In this document: piece by piece, positions 27,641 through 38,873 of the stretch
Numbering within the stretch: position 1 is the first letter of the stretch
How the letters are laid out: every line of letters begins with the position of its first letter
Assembly: GCA_026003995.1 (NCBI GenBank)
Contig: BPIG01000001.1
Coordinates: 505,444 to 569,443 of the forward strand
Reading direction: 5' to 3'
DNA length: 64,000 nt
Source of the DNA: Tepidiforma sp.
GTDB lineage: Bacteria; Chloroflexota; Dehalococcoidia; Tepidiformales; Tepidiformaceae
The notes under the pieces: model-generated
What the model was told of the DNA's origin: nothing
The model's input: only the letters and a program-made list of their open reading frames with translations
The model's database searches: none
Program-made: the position numbers and the translations under genes

Positions 27641-30600
27641 CGGTCGGGGTGTGCGTGCCCTGCGCGCCGTTCTGCGACTGGTAGCGCTGCTGCTCGAGCA
27701 CGCGGCGGTAGTCGGTCGGCATGACCTTGACGAACTTGCGGGCAGCCGCCGGCCAGTCGGCGAGCAGGCGCTGGGCGACCGTGCTGCCGGTGTACTGGAC
27801 GTGCCGCTCCAGCAGCCCCTTCACGAGGTCGAGGTCTTCCGGCTCTTCGAGCGGTTCGAGGCCGACCATCTCCATGTTGCAGCGGGTGTGGAAGTCGCCA
27901 TCCTCGTCGAGGACGTAGGCGATGCCGCCGCTCATGCCGGCAGCGAAGTTCCGCCCGGTGCGGCCGATGATGACCGCCCGGCCGCCGGTCATGTACTCGC
28001 AGCCGTGGTCGCCGGTGCCTTCGACGACGGCGACCGCGCCGGAGTTGCGGACCATGAACCGCTCGCCCGCGACGCCGCGGAAGAAGGCTGCGCCGCTCGT
28101 CGCACCGTAGAGCGCGACGTTGCCGATGACGATGTTCTCTTCGGGTACGAAGGTCGCGTCCTTCGGCGGGTAGACGATGATTTTGCCGCCGGAGAGGCCC
28201 TTGCCGATGTAGTCGTTGGCGTCGCCTTCGAGGCGGAGGGTGATGCCGGCGGGGAGGAAGGCCCCGAAGCTCTGGCCGGCAGAGCCGTGGAAGGTGATGT
28301 CGATGGTGTCGTCGGGGAGGCCGGTGTGGCCGTACCGCCGGGTCAGTTCACTGCCGAGCATCGTGCCGACGGTGCGGTTCACGTTGCGGATCGGCATATC
28401 GAGCACGACCTTTTCGCCGCGCTCGAGGGCTGGCTGGGCGAGGCGGATGAGCTCGTTGTCGAGCGCCCGTTCGAGGCCGTGGTCCTGGGTCGTAATGCAG
28501 CGCGTCGCAACGCTGGCATCGACCTGCGGCCGGTAGAGGATGGCGCTGAGGTCGAGGCCCTGGGCCTTCCAGTGGTCGACGGCGCGGCGCACATCGAGGA
28601 GGTCCGAGCGGCCGATGATCTCGTCGAGCGAGCGGTAGCCGAGCTGGGCAAGGTACTCCCGCACCTCTTCGGCGATGAATTTGAAGAAGTTGACGACGTG
28701 CTCGGCGCGACCGGCGAACTTCTCGCGCAGGGCGGGATTCTGGGTAGCGATGCCGACCGGGCAGGTGTCGAGGTGGCAGACGCGCATCATGATGCAGCCC
28801 ATCACGACCAGCGGGGCCGTCGCGAAGCCGTACTCCTCGGCGCCGAGGAGCGCGCCGATGATGACGTCGCGCCCGGTTTTCATCTGGCCATCCACCTGGA
28901 CGACGATGCGGTCGCGAAGTTTGTTCATCACCAGCGTCTGCTGGGTCTCGGCGAGGCCGAGCTCCCACGGCAGGCCGGCGTGCTTGATCGAGGTGAGCGG
29001 GCTCGCGCCGGTGCCGCCGTCGTGCCCCGAGATGAGGACGTGGTCGGACTTGGCTTTCGCCACGCCGGCGGCGACCGTGCCGACGCCGACTTCGGCGACG
29101 AGCTTCACGCTGATGCGGGCGCGCGGGTTCGCGTTCTTCAGGTCGTGGATGAGCTGGGCGAGGTCTTCGATGGAGTAGATGTCGTGGTGCGGCGGCGGGC
29201 TGATGAGGCCCACGCCCGGGGTGGCGTGCCGCACCTCGGCGATCCACGGGTAGACCTTGGTGCCGGGCAGCTGGCCGCCTTCGCCGGGCTTCGCGCCCTG
29301 CGCCATCTTGATCTGGATTTCGTCGGCGTTCACGAGGTACTCGCTGGTGACGCCGAAGCGGCCGGATGCGACCTGCTTGATGGCGGACCGGCGGGAGTCG
29401 CCGTTCGGGTCGGGCGTGTAGCGGCGGCGGTCCTCGCCGCCTTCGCCGGTGTTGCTCTTGCCGCCGATGCGGTTCATGGCGATGGCGAGGGTCTCGTGCG
29501 CCTCGGCGCTGATGGAGCCGAACGACATCGCCCCGGTGGCGAACCGCTTGTAGATGTTCTCGGCCGGCTCGACTTCTTCGATCGGGATGGGCGGCCGGTC
29601 GGACTTGAGTTCAAAGAGGCCGCGGAGCGTGGCGAGCCGCTTGCTCTGGTCGTCCACGAGCCGGGTGTATTCGCGGAAGATCTGGTACTGGCCCGTGCGG
29701 GTCGAGTGCTGGAGGCGGAACACCGTCTCCGGGTTGAAGAGGTGGTATTCGCCGTCGCGGCGCCACTGGTACTGGCCGCCCCACGCGAGTTCGCGGAGGC
29801 CGCCGTCGCGGTCGGGGAAGGCCCGCTGATGGTGGGCGAGGACTTCCTGCGCGACCTCGTGGATGCCGATGCCGCCGATGCGGGAGACGGTGTTGGTGAA
29901 GTACTTGTCGATGAAGGCTTCGCTGAGGCCGACGGCCTCGAAGATCTGGGCGCCGCGGTAGCTCTGGATGGTGGAGATGCCCATCTTGGACATCACCTTC
30001 ACGACGCCCTTCTTGATCGCCTTCAGGTAGTTCGCGCGGAGCTTCTCGATGGGGTAGTCGGCGGTGATGTAGCCGTCCTGGCGAACCTGCTCGAGCGAAT
30101 CGAGGGCGAGCCACGGGTTCACCGCGCCGGCGCCGTAGCCGATGAGCAGCGCGAAGTGATGCACCTCGCGCGCGTCGCCGGTTTCGACGATGAGGCCGAC
30201 CTGCGTGCGCTTCTTCTCGCGGACGAGATGGTTGTGGAGGCCGGCGACGGTGAGCAGGGAGGGGATCGGCGCATGTTCGGCATCGACGCCGCGGTCCGAG
30301 AGGATGAGCACCTTCGCGCCGTCATCGATGGCGCGGTCGGCCGCGCGGAACAGTTCCTCCATCGCGGCTTCGAGGCCGGCCGGGCCCGCCTTCGCGGGGA
30401 AGAGCATCGGGAGGACCGTAGCCCGGAGGGCGTGGTCTTTGAGCGACTTGAACTTGGCCAGCTGCTCGTTGTCGATGAACGGATTGTCGAGACTGACGAG
30501 ATGGCAGCTCTCCGGCTCGGGGTCGAGCAGGTTGCCCTCGGGCCCGATGACCGTCTTCACGGAGGTGACGAGCTCTTCGCGGATGGCATCGAGCGGCGGG

Positions 30601-32186
30601 TTCGTGACCTGGGCAAAGAGCTGCTGGAAGTAGTTGTAGAGCGGCTGCGGTCGGTCGCTGAGGACGGCGAGGGGCGTATCGGTGCCCATGGAGCCGACGG
30701 CTTCTTCGCCCTTCTCCGCCATCGGCCCGAGGTGGTACTTCTCGTCCTCGATGGTGTAGCCGTAGGCCATCTGCTGCTGGAGCAGGATGTCGGGCGGCGG
30801 GGGCGGCGGCGTCTCCGTTGCGGGGATATCGTCGATGTGGATGAGGTTGTCCTTCAGCCACTGGGCGTAAGGCCGCTCGTTCGCGAGCTTCATCTTCAGC
30901 TCGGTGTCATCGATGATGCGGCCTTCTTCGAGGCTGACGAGGAACATCTTGCCCGGCTGGAGGCGGCCCTTGAGGAGGACGCGCTCGGGCTCGATCGGGA
31001 GGACGCCGACCTCGGACGCCATGATGACGAGGTCGTCCTTCGTGACGTAGTAGCGGGAAGGCCGGAGGCCGTTGCGGTCGAGCACGGCGCCGATGTTGCG
31101 GCCGTCGGTGAAGGCGACGGAGGCCGGGCCGTCCCACGGCTCCATGAGGCAGGAGTGGTACTCGTAGAAGGCCTTCTTGGCCGGGTCCATGCTCTCGTGC
31201 TCCTGCCACGCCTCGGGGATGAGCATCATCATGGCGTGGGGGAGGCTGCGGCCGGCCATCACCAGCAGCTCGAGCGCTTCGTCGAGGCTGGCGGTGTCGC
31301 TGCCGTGCTCGTTGATGACGGGCAGGATCTTGTGGATGTCGGGGAAGTAGGGCGAAGCGAAGAGCGCTTCGCGCGCCGCCATCCAGTTGCGGTTGCCGCG
31401 CAGGGTGTTGATCTCGCCGTTGTGGGCGATCATCCGGTAGGGGTGGGCCAGCTCCCAGCTCGGGAAGGTATTGGTGCTGAAGCGGGAGTGGAACATGGCG
31501 AGCGCCGAGATGAGGTGGCGGTCGCTGAGGTCGGGGAAGTAGCCGCGCAGCTGGGTGGCGGTGAGCATCCCTTTGTAGACGAGGGTGCGGCAGGAGAGGC
31601 TGGGGAAGTAGAACCATTCCGCGTCGCGGATGCCCCAGCGCTGGATGGCCTTTTCGAAGCGCTTCCGGATGACGTAGAGGCGGCGCTCGAAGGCGTCGTC
31701 GTTTTCGATGCCGGCGCCGCGGCTGATGAAGACCTGCCACATGTCGGGCTCGGCGGCGAGGGCCGTCGCGCCGAGGTCGGCGTTGTTCGTCGGGACCTTC
31801 CGCCACCCGAGGAGGTGCTGGCCTTCTTCTTCGACGATGGCCGCGAAGAGGGCCTTCGCCTGCTCGGTCGCGCGGGGGTCGCGGGAGGCGAAGAAGAGGC
31901 CAGCCCCGTAGTGGCCGGCCTCGGGCAGGCGGATGCCGAGCTGGGCGCACTCGCGACGGAGGAACTCGTGCGGCATCTGGATGAGGATGCCGGCGCCGTC
32001 GCCGGTGTTCGGCTCGCTGCCGGAGGCTCCGCGGTGGTGCAGGTGCTCCAGGGCGGAGAGGGCATCATCGACCAGCTTGTGGGACCGCTGGCCCTTCAGG
32101 TGAACGATGAAGCCGACGCCACAGGCGTCATGTTCCAGCCCTGGACGGTACAGACCCTGCTGCGCAGGCCTCCGGGGTTGCTGCAT
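27621..32186 (-). CDS. gltB: glutamate synthase large subunit
   Basis: Start set to [28 protein letters not shown] (Ntn amidotransferase Cys). Central domain, FMN/3Fe-4S domain and C-terminal GXGXG beta-helix follow. About 1521 aa. Confidence 0.95.
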   Translation of the reverse strand: MQQPRRPAQQGLYRPGLEHDACGVGFIVHLKGQRSHKLVDDALSALEHLHHRGASGSEPNTGDGAGILIQMPHEFLRRECAQLGIRLPEAGHYGAGLFFASRDPRATEQAKALFAAIVEEEGQHLLGWRKVPTNNADLGATALAAEPDMWQVFISRGAGIENDDAFERRLYVIRKRFEKAIQRWGIRDAEWFYFPSLSCRTLVYKGMLTATQLRGYFPDLSDRHLISALAMFHSRFSTNTFPSWELAHPYRMIAHNGEINTLRGNRNWMAAREALFASPYFPDIHKILPVINEHGSDTASLDEALELLVMAGRSLPHAMMMLIPEAWQEHESMDPAKKAFYEYHSCLMEPWDGPASVAFTDGRNIGAVLDRNGLRPSRYYVTKDDLVIMASEVGVLPIEPERVLLKGRLQPGKMFLVSLEEGRIIDDTELKMKLANERPYAQWLKDNLIHIDDIPATETPPPPPPDILLQQQMAYGYTIEDEKYHLGPMAEKGEEAVGSMGTDTPLAVLSDRPQPLYNYFQQLFAQVTNPPLDAIREELVTSVKTVIGPEGNLLDPEPESCHLVSLDNPFIDNEQLAKFKSLKDHALRATVLPMLFPAKAGPAGLEAAMEELFRAADRAIDDGAKVLILSDRGVDAEHAPIPSLLTVAGLHNHLVREKKRTQVGLIVETGDAREVHHFALLIGYGAGAVNPWLALDSLEQVRQDGYITADYPIEKLRANYLKAIKKGVVKVMSKMGISTIQSYRGAQIFEAVGLSEAFIDKYFTNTVSRIGGIGIHEVAQEVLAHHQRAFPDRDGGLRELAWGGQYQWRRDGEYHLFNPETVFRLQHSTRTGQYQIFREYTRLVDDQSKRLATLRGLFELKSDRPPIPIEEVEPAENIYKRFATGAMSFGSISAEAHETLAIAMNRIGGKSNTGEGGEDRRRYTPDPNGDSRRSAIKQVASGRFGVTSEYLVNADEIQIKMAQGAKPGEGGQLPGTKVYPWIAEVRHATPGVGLISPPPHHDIYSIEDLAQLIHDLKNANPRARISVKLVAEVGVGTVAAGVAKAKSDHVLISGHDGGTGASPLTSIKHAGLPWELGLAETQQTLVMNKLRDRIVVQVDGQMKTGRDVIIGALLGAEEYGFATAPLVVMGCIMMRVCHLDTCPVGIATQNPALREKFAGRAEHVVNFFKFIAEEVREYLAQLGYRSLDEIIGRSDLLDVRRAVDHWKAQGLDLSAILYRPQVDASVATRCITTQDHGLERALDNELIRLAQPALERGEKVVLDMPIRNVNRTVGTMLGSELTRRYGHTGLPDDTIDITFHGSAGQSFGAFLPAGITLRLEGDANDYIGKGLSGGKIIVYPPKDATFVPEENIVIGNVALYGATSGAAFFRGVAGERFMVRNSGAVAVVEGTGDHGCEYMTGGRAVIIGRTGRNFAAGMSGGIAYVLDEDGDFHTRCNMEMVGLEPLEEPEDLDLVKGLLERHVQYTGSTVAQRLLADWPAAARKFVKVMPTDYRRVLEQQRYQSQNGAQGTHTPTVGAARG

Positions 32187-32428
32187 GCTGCGTCCCTCTC
32201 GAAGCGTGTCACCACCCGGCGGGATTGCGAAATGAGGAGAGCCGCGGGCGTCGCCGTGATTTCGGTGCGCCATTTGTGAAATGCTTCGCAATCTCACGCG
32301 AGAAGGTGGGTGAGCTTGAAGTATAACAGGCTGGTCAACCGGCGTCTCAAGTCCCCGGCCCCGCGGGCCGCGGGAATCGTTTCGACGAGCGCGTATAATC
32401 CGGGCACCCTCGCCGCCGGAGCTGCCCG

Positions 32429-33661
32429 ATGACCGACCCGTACTGGACTCCTGACCGCGTCGATGCGCTGGTCAGCGCGCGCGCCCGCATCCTCGGCCCC
32501 CAGGTCTGGGCGGCAGCGACGCCGGACCCGCGCCACCTCATCTCGTTTGCCGGGGGGCTGCCCGATATCCCCTCGCTGCCGGCGGATGAACTGCTGCGGG
32601 CCGCGCATGCTGTGCTCGAATGCGAGCGGAAGGAGGCGCTCGAATACGGCGGGACGTTCGGGCCCGCGCCGCTCCGGGAGGCCATTGCGGAGCGGTGGAC
32701 CCGGCTCGACGGCATCCCGGTGACGAAGGACCACGTCATCATCGCGAGCGGTTCGGCCCACGCGATCGGCATGGTCTGCGAAACGCTGCTGGACCCCGGC
32801 GACGTCGTAATGGTCGAGAGCCCCAACTTCCCCGGCTCGATGCGGACCATCCGGTCGTTCGGTGCGGAGCAGGTCGCCATCCCGCTCGACGCGGACGGGA
32901 TGCGGACGGACATCCTGGAGGCGAAGCTGGCGGAGCTGGCGGCGCAGGGGCGGCGCGCGAAGTTCATCTACTGCATCCCGAACCACCAGAACCCGGCCGG
33001 CTGCACGATGACGCTCGAGCGGCGGCAGCACCTGCTCGAGCTCGCCCGGCGCTACGAAACGTTCATCCTCGAGGATGACGCCTACGGCGAACTCTGGTTC
33101 GAGGAGCCGCCGCCGCCGTCGCTGTTCGCGCTGAGCGGGGGCGAGCACGGCGTGAAGGTCGCGAGCTTCTCGAAGACGATCGCGACGGGCTTGCGGATGG
33201 GCTGGATCCAGGGGCCGCCGGCGCTCATCTCCCGCATCGCGGCGCTGCGGTACGACATGGGGACGAGCCCGTTCCTCGGCCGCGTCATCGCCGAGATGAT
33301 CCGGAACGGCGACCTCGACCGGCACATCGAACGGCTGCGCGGCATCTACCGCCGGAAGCTCGAACGGGTCGAGGCGGCCCTGGCAAAGTACTGCGCGCCG
33401 TACATCAGCTACACCCGTCCGAAGGGCGGGTTCTTCCTGTGGCTGGAGCTCCGGCCGGGCATGAGCTCGCGCGAGGTGCAGCTCGCTGCGAACGAGCGCG
33501 GCGTCATCGTCGGACAGGGGCCGCAGTTCTTCGCCGACGGCCAGGCGACGAACCACTTGCGGCTGGCATTTAGTTATGTCGATATGGAAGAGATCGACGA
33601 GGGCATCCAGCGGCTCGGCGAGGCGATGGCAGACGTCGCAGCCCGCGCGGGTATCAAGTAG
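32429..33661 (+). CDS. PLP-dependent aminotransferase, class I/II (2-aminoadipate/LysN-like fold type I)
   Basis: 410 aa. NHQNPAG, DDAYGEL, PLP-lysine motif [14 protein letters not shown], and LRLAFS near the C-terminus. Confidence 0.85.
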   Translation: MTDPYWTPDRVDALVSARARILGPQVWAAATPDPRHLISFAGGLPDIPSLPADELLRAAHAVLECERKEALEYGGTFGPAPLREAIAERWTRLDGIPVTKDHVIIASGSAHAIGMVCETLLDPGDVVMVESPNFPGSMRTIRSFGAEQVAIPLDADGMRTDILEAKLAELAAQGRRAKFIYCIPNHQNPAGCTMTLERRQHLLELARRYETFILEDDAYGELWFEEPPPPSLFALSGGEHGVKVASFSKTIATGLRMGWIQGPPALISRIAALRYDMGTSPFLGRVIAEMIRNGDLDRHIERLRGIYRRKLERVEAALAKYCAPYISYTRPKGGFFLWLELRPGMSSREVQLAANERGVIVGQGPQFFADGQATNHLRLAFSYVDMEEIDEGIQRLGEAMADVAARAGIK

Positions 33662-33673
33662 GGGCCGCCCGGG

Positions 33674-34507
33674 ATGGACACGGTCTCGATCGGCTCCGTA
33701 ACGATTGCGCCGCTGCTGGATGCGCCGGTGCTGATGAACCCGCGGCATTTCGTGCCGCAGCACGCCGACGCGTTTCTCGAGGAGTTCGGCCACCAGGCCG
33801 ACGAGCGCGGCCTGTTCACGATGGCGATCACCTGCTACCTCGTGCGGTCGGCGGGCAAGACGATGCTCATCGATACGGGCCTCGGCCCGAGGAAACGGCC
33901 GGGCTTTCCGGCCGGCCGGCTCGACGCTGCGCTGCGCGATGCCGGGCTCGCTCCCGCCGACATCGACCTCGTGGTGCACACCCACCTCCACATCGACCAC
34001 GTGGGCTGGAATACGGTGGACGGCGCCGGCGGCGAGCCGGAAGTCTTCTTTCCCCGAGCGGAGTTCGTCATCCAGCGGCAGGAGTGGGACTACTGGATGG
34101 CGCCCGAGCGCCTGGAAGCGCCCGGGAACGAGCACCTGCGAGACTGCGTCGCGCCGCTCCGCCACACGGGCCGCATCCGGTTCGTGGAGGACGAGACGGC
34201 GCTCGATGAGCACCTCGTGTTCGTGCCGACGCCGGGGCACACCCCCGGTCACGTCGCCATCGGGGTCGTCGACGGCAGCGATCGAGGCATCATCATCGGG
34301 GACGCCTCGCACCACCCGGCGCAGCTCATCCACCCGGACTGGTCCCCGGCGTTCGACGTCGACCCCGTGCAGTCGGCCGCGACCCGGGACGCGCTGTTCG
34401 AGCGGGCCATTTCCGAAGGGCTGCTGTGGTTCGCCGGGCACTGGCCCCACCCGGGCATCGGACGGTTGACGCGGCGGGACGGCCGGCGAGTCTTCGAACC
34501 GCTGTGA
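33674..34507 (+). CDS. MBL-fold metallo-hydrolase (lactonase-like)
   Basis: HTHLHIDHVGW (HxHxDH) zinc motif plus downstream TPGHTPGH and GDASHH ligand-like motifs. Confidence 0.85.
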   Translation: MDTVSIGSVTIAPLLDAPVLMNPRHFVPQHADAFLEEFGHQADERGLFTMAITCYLVRSAGKTMLIDTGLGPRKRPGFPAGRLDAALRDAGLAPADIDLVVHTHLHIDHVGWNTVDGAGGEPEVFFPRAEFVIQRQEWDYWMAPERLEAPGNEHLRDCVAPLRHTGRIRFVEDETALDEHLVFVPTPGHTPGHVAIGVVDGSDRGIIIGDASHHPAQLIHPDWSPAFDVDPVQSAATRDALFERAISEGLLWFAGHWPHPGIGRLTRRDGRRVFEPL

Positions 34508-34550
34508 GCTGTCTTGCCGGCGCGGGCCGCGGCCCGGTAGCGTTGCCCTG

Positions 34551-36284
34551 ATGCGACGACTCGCAGCGGGGCTGGCGCTCCTCGTGGTCCTGCTCCCGGT
34601 CGCCCGGGGAAGCATCCCGGCGGCGGCGGATGACCCGGGCGTTCTTTATGTCACATCCACGACGGATGGGCCCGGCACGTGTCCGCACCCGTCGAACTGC
34701 ACCCTCAAAACGGCGATAGCGGTCGTGAACTCCGGGAGCGCGGCGACCACCATCCGCTTCGATGCAGGGGTCTTCCCGGCGGGTTCGGAGACGGTCATCG
34801 CGGTGGGGAGCGCGCCGTTGCCGGCGCTCACCCGGCCGGGGGCCGCGGTCGACGGAGCCGGCGCCGGCGTCGTGCTCCGGGGCGGCTCGGCCAGCCTCTC
34901 GACGCCGCAGGACGGGCTGCGGCTGGCCGGCGCCGGCACGTCGGTACGGGGCCTGACGTTCGAGGGGTTCACTGGCGCGTGCGTCGTGGCGGAAGGGGAT
35001 GGCGCGGGCGTCGGCGGCGCAGCTGGCAACACGTTCCGCGGCTGCGGCGTCGCGGTCCGGGTCAGCGGGGCGGCGGTCTCGGTCTCTGGGAACGAGATTT
35101 CCGGGCCAGCGGAAGGGGAGCGCGCCGGCACGGGGGTCGCGGTGACGGCCAGCGGGTCCGTCATCGGCGGCAGCGGCGCGGCGGCGAACCGGTTCACGCG
35201 GCTCGAGCACGGCGTCAACGTCGCGGGAAGCGCAGGCGGCGTCACCGGCACCCGCATCGAAGGAAATGAGTTCGACGACATCGCAGAGGCATGCCTGGCG
35301 CTCGAGCCGGGGAGCAGTGGCACCCTCGTGTCGTCGAACAGCTTCCGCCGCTGCGGGACGGGCATCTCCGTCGCTGCGGCGAACGACCTTCCCGCGTCGT
35401 CCCGGAACACGTTCCGGGCCAATACGTTCGCCGAGCTGCCCGGGCCGGCTATCGCGGTCGCGGCCGGGGCGAACGGCGGGGTCGGGCACCCATCGATCTC
35501 GCGCGCAACGCCTGCCGGTATCCAGGGGACAGCCTGTCCCGGCTGCGTCGTCGAAATCTACCTCGCTGCGCACACACCCGGGGGCAGCGGCGACTACGGG
35601 ACGGTGCCGCTCGGGCCGCCGGTGGCCGCAAGCGCGTCGGGCCAGTTCTCGGCGTCGCTGCCCGTCAGCCCGGGCCAGTGGATCATCGCGACGGCGACGG
35701 ACGCCGATGGCAATACGAGCGCGTTCGGCGCATCAGCCCGCGTCGGGGCCGGGGCCGTGGTCTGCGGCAACGTCCACCTCCTGCCGGGGTGGAACCACGT
35801 GGCGTACTTCGGCAGCCAGCCGCTGCTGCTGGGCGACGCCTTCCCGTCGTCTGCGAACCCGGCAGTGACGGCGATCTACGAAGCGATCGACGGCACGAGC
35901 GGTTACCGGCGCTGGCTTGCTGCGACGCCCGCCGGGCGGACGCTCGCCGCGCTGGAGCCGGGACGGGAGTACTGGTTCCTCGCGACGACGCCCGTCACGC
36001 TGGAGGGCGGCTTCAGCGTCTCGTTCCCGGTGCCGGCGCCGCTGCAGGCGGGGTGGAACGACGTCGTCTACATCGGCGGCAGCGCCGACCCGCGCGATGC
36101 GTTCGCCTCGCTGGGCGACCGGCTCCTGCAGGTCGCGAAGTGGGACGCAGCGCGGCAGCGGTGGCTGCGGTACGGCGACGGCCGGGCCCCGGCATGGGCG
36201 CTCGAGCTTCCGCACGTCGAGGCGTGCAGCGCGTACCAGGTGCTGATGAGCGAGCCGGCGACGCTGGTGCCGCTTCAGCCGTGA
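34551..36284 (+). CDS. secreted right-handed beta-helix repeat protein with CSLREA-like N-terminal motif and tandem C-terminal GWN domains
   Basis: Signal peptide MRRLAAGLALLVVLLPVARG, then CTLKTAIAVVNSG. Repeated G-x-G/V-rich parallel beta-helix turns follow, with two ~85-aa C-terminal repeats (LLPGWNHVAYFGS... and LQAGWNDVVYIGGS...). Confidence 0.75.
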   Translation: MRRLAAGLALLVVLLPVARGSIPAAADDPGVLYVTSTTDGPGTCPHPSNCTLKTAIAVVNSGSAATTIRFDAGVFPAGSETVIAVGSAPLPALTRPGAAVDGAGAGVVLRGGSASLSTPQDGLRLAGAGTSVRGLTFEGFTGACVVAEGDGAGVGGAAGNTFRGCGVAVRVSGAAVSVSGNEISGPAEGERAGTGVAVTASGSVIGGSGAAANRFTRLEHGVNVAGSAGGVTGTRIEGNEFDDIAEACLALEPGSSGTLVSSNSFRRCGTGISVAAANDLPASSRNTFRANTFAELPGPAIAVAAGANGGVGHPSISRATPAGIQGTACPGCVVEIYLAAHTPGGSGDYGTVPLGPPVAASASGQFSASLPVSPGQWIIATATDADGNTSAFGASARVGAGAVVCGNVHLLPGWNHVAYFGSQPLLLGDAFPSSANPAVTAIYEAIDGTSGYRRWLAATPAGRTLAALEPGREYWFLATTPVTLEGGFSVSFPVPAPLQAGWNDVVYIGGSADPRDAFASLGDRLLQVAKWDAARQRWLRYGDGRAPAWALELPHVEACSAYQVLMSEPATLVPLQP

Positions 36285-36307
36285 GCGCCGGCGTATACTC
36301 CGCGCGC

Positions 36308-37525
36308 ATGAGCATCGACATCCGCCCCTGCGCCGACCGCGATGAACTGCGGGAGTACGCCCGCATCGTCTCGTACGTCTTCGCATCCGAAGAGGGCATG
36401 GACGACGAGCTTTCGGCGACGCAGCCGGAGTGGACGGTGTGCGCGTTCGTCGACGGGAAGATGGCGTCCACGCTCGGGGTGTGGCCGTTCACGGTGCGGC
36501 TCAACGGCTCGCCGGTGCCGGTGGGGGGCGTCACGGCGGTCGGCACCCTGCCGAACTACCGGCGGCGCGGCCTCTTGCGGCGCACGATGCGGCAGGCGCT
36601 CGAGACGATGTACGAGCGGCGCCAGCCGCTCGCGATCCTGTGGGCGAGCATGGCAGCGATTTACCAGCGCTTCGGGTACGGCCTCGCCTCGACCGGCGTG
36701 ACGTACCGGTTCGACCCGCGGCTGGCGGCCCTCGCTGCACCGGCCCGGGACGACGGCGGGCATATCGAGCTCCTCACCCCCGAAGCGGCGTACCCCGTCA
36801 TCAAGCCCCTGTTCATCGCGTGGGCGACGCCCCGGAACCTCGTCATCCACCGGTCGGCGGAGCTGTGGCGCGTGTCGACCTTCCGGCCGCCGAAGAAGGG
36901 CCTCCCGGTGCACGTCGCGGTCTACCGCGACACCGACGGGCAGCCGCAGGGGTATGCGGTCTACTCGGCGCAGGGGGTGGAGCACCGGCCGGACGAAGGT
37001 GAGCAGGAGCTCCGGGTGGCCGAGTTCGTGGCCCTCACGCCGGGGGCCTGGGCGGCGCTGTGGGAGTTCCTGCGGGCGCACGACCTCGCGCGGCGGATCG
37101 AGTGGAAGGGCGTGCCGCCGGACGACCCGGCCCCGGAGCTCCTCCTCGAGCCGCGCGTGCTGAACCGGCAAACGCAGGACGCGATCTGGATGCGGGTGGT
37201 CGATGCGGCCAGCGCGCTGGCGGCGCGGCCGTACGGTGCCGAGGGCCGGCTGGCGATTGGCATCGTCGCCGACCCGGAGTGTCCATGGAACGAAGGCACG
37301 TGGCAGCTCGAATCCTCCGGCAGCCATGCCGAGGCGCGGCGGTTCGACGGCAAACCAGACCTCACGATGCCGCCGGCGGTGCTCGCCTCGCTCCTGGCCG
37401 GTCATCGGAGCGCGACGTTCCACGCGCGGGCGGGCCGGCTCGAAGCAGCCGACGATCGCGCGCTGCGCCTCGCCGATGCGATGTTCCGGACCGAGTACGA
37501 ACCGTTCTGTCCAAACGGGTTCTGA
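36308..37525 (+). CDS. Eis-like GNAT N-acetyltransferase (GNAT + SCP2-like C-terminal domain)
   Basis: Start set to ATG 36308 (MSIDIRPCADRDELREY). Acetyl-CoA motif LPNYRRRGLLRRTM. About 405 aa, typical of the Eis family. The upstream 1 kb of listed ORF 35291.. is an out-of-frame shadow of the beta-helix gene. Confidence 0.8.
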   Translation: MSIDIRPCADRDELREYARIVSYVFASEEGMDDELSATQPEWTVCAFVDGKMASTLGVWPFTVRLNGSPVPVGGVTAVGTLPNYRRRGLLRRTMRQALETMYERRQPLAILWASMAAIYQRFGYGLASTGVTYRFDPRLAALAAPARDDGGHIELLTPEAAYPVIKPLFIAWATPRNLVIHRSAELWRVSTFRPPKKGLPVHVAVYRDTDGQPQGYAVYSAQGVEHRPDEGEQELRVAEFVALTPGAWAALWEFLRAHDLARRIEWKGVPPDDPAPELLLEPRVLNRQTQDAIWMRVVDAASALAARPYGAEGRLAIGIVADPECPWNEGTWQLESSGSHAEARRFDGKPDLTMPPAVLASLLAGHRSATFHARAGRLEAADDRALRLADAMFRTEYEPFCPNGF

Positions 37526-37542
37526 AGTCCGGAGCCGGGCGG

Positions 37543-38127
37543 TCAGCTGCCGCCGGTGCCGACGAGGCCGAGGTAGCGGTCGCGGTCGACCGCACGCGCC
37601 GGCTTGTGCTTCACGTCGTCGGGGCCCATCGCGCGGAGCCAGCAGGCGAACTCGAGCAGGATGCCGTCGGGGTCCTGGAAGTAGAAGGAGCGGATAAAGG
37701 TCCCTTCATGCACTTCGCGCGAGACCTGCCGGGGGCTGTCGTCGTGGTTCAGGATCGGTGTGACGGCGATGCCCTTGGCTTTGATCTTTTCGTAGTACTC
37801 GTCGAACTTCTCCGGCGGGACATCGAAGGCGACGTGGTTCATCGAGCCGTGGGCGGTGGCGAGCTCGCCTTCGCCGGGCATACCGGCCGGGGCGGCGATG
37901 CCGGGCGCGGCCTCCGGCGCGTTCGGGAACCAGAAGAAGGCGAGCGAGTCGCCATTGCCGATGTCGAAGAAGAAGTGCTGGCCCATGTTGTTGGGCAGCT
38001 CGATGGTCTTGATGAGGGGCATGCCGAGGACGTTCGAGTAGAAGTCGACCGTGCGCTCCATATCGCGGCAGACGAGCGCGAGGTGGTTGATGCCGCGGAA
38101 TTCGAATTCGGTGTTCTTGCGTTCCAT
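37543..38127 (-). CDS. VOC (glyoxalase/bleomycin resistance/extradiol dioxygenase) family protein
   Basis: GINHLALVCRDMERTVDFY ... NHVAFDV ... FYFQDPDGILLEF paired beta-alpha-beta-beta-beta modules. Confidence 0.85.
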   Translation of the reverse strand: MERKNTEFEFRGINHLALVCRDMERTVDFYSNVLGMPLIKTIELPNNMGQHFFFDIGNGDSLAFFWFPNAPEAAPGIAAPAGMPGEGELATAHGSMNHVAFDVPPEKFDEYYEKIKAKGIAVTPILNHDDSPRQVSREVHEGTFIRSFYFQDPDGILLEFACWLRAMGPDDVKHKPARAVDRDRYLGLVGTGGS

Positions 38128-38200
38128 GCTGCCTCCCTGCCGCCGGTCCCGGACGGCGTTCCAAAATTTTAGCGCAGCAGGTCAAGCGGCGGCGCCGCGC

Positions 38201-38860
38201 TCACTCGATGTCGGCGCGGCGGCTACCGAAGCGGTCCCAGTGGGTCACCGCGGCGAGCGGCTTCCGCGGGGCGACGCCGAACCGGCCGCGCGGGCGGCCC
38301 ATCGGGACGAGTGCCGCCAGCTCGTACCGGTCGGGGATGGCGAGCAGGGCGCGAACCTCATCCTGGTAGATGCGGATGACGGTCGTCAGCGTCGTGCCGA
38401 TGCCGAGCGCGCGGGCAGCGAGCATGAAGTTCTGGACCGCCGGGTAGACGGAGGCCCACGGCGTACCGACATCGAGCGGGCCTTCGGCATCGTGGAGGGT
38501 CATGCTGATGTTGGGCATGAGGAAGAGGACGATGACGGGCGCTTCGTGGAGGTGCTCGGCGAGGTAGCGGGCCGAGGCGACGGTTCGGCGGTGGCGCTCT
38601 GCCTCGGCGTCGTCGCGGAAGGGCGGCGTGGCGGCGAGCATGGCCGGTTCGTACCGGTCGTAGGCGCGGCGGTAGATGTCGCCGAGGCTGCGGCGGAGCG
38701 CTTCATCGCGGACGACGAGGAACTGCCAGGGCTGGATGTTGCCGCCGCTCGGCGCCTGGCGCGCGGCCCGGAGGCAGGTCAGCACCTCCTCGTCCGTGAT
38801 CGGCTCGTCCGTGAACCGCCGGATGGCGCGGAGCGTCATGATGCCGTCGATCAGGTCCAC
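38201..38860 (-). CDS. nitroreductase-family flavoprotein
   Basis: GTG 38860 follows GGGAGG and lies 13 nt downstream of the preceding stop. VDLIDGIMTLRAIRRFTDEPI...APSGGNIQPWQFLVV is the classic nitroreductase N-terminus. The upstream part of listed ORF ..39304 is junk. Confidence 0.85.
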   Translation of the reverse strand: MDLIDGIMTLRAIRRFTDEPITDEEVLTCLRAARQAPSGGNIQPWQFLVVRDEALRRSLGDIYRRAYDRYEPAMLAATPPFRDDAEAERHRRTVASARYLAEHLHEAPVIVLFLMPNISMTLHDAEGPLDVGTPWASVYPAVQNFMLAARALGIGTTLTTVIRIYQDEVRALLAIPDRYELAALVPMGRPRGRFGVAPRKPLAAVTHWDRFGSRRADIE

Positions 38861-38873
38861 GGGGCCTCCCTGC

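Noticed and set aside
32187-32300. A glutamine riboswitch (glnA RNA or Downstream-peptide motif) in the gltB leader.
   Set aside because: I could not find the conserved CGUUCA...GGACGGAAG-type core. I kept it only as an unclassified structured leader.
35291-36307. The 5' 1 kb of the listed 744-aa ORF 35291..37525.
   Set aside because: It is an out-of-frame overlap with the beta-helix exoprotein gene and is Arg/Gly/Pro-rich. The recognisable Eis-like GNAT begins at ATG 36308 (MSIDIRPC).
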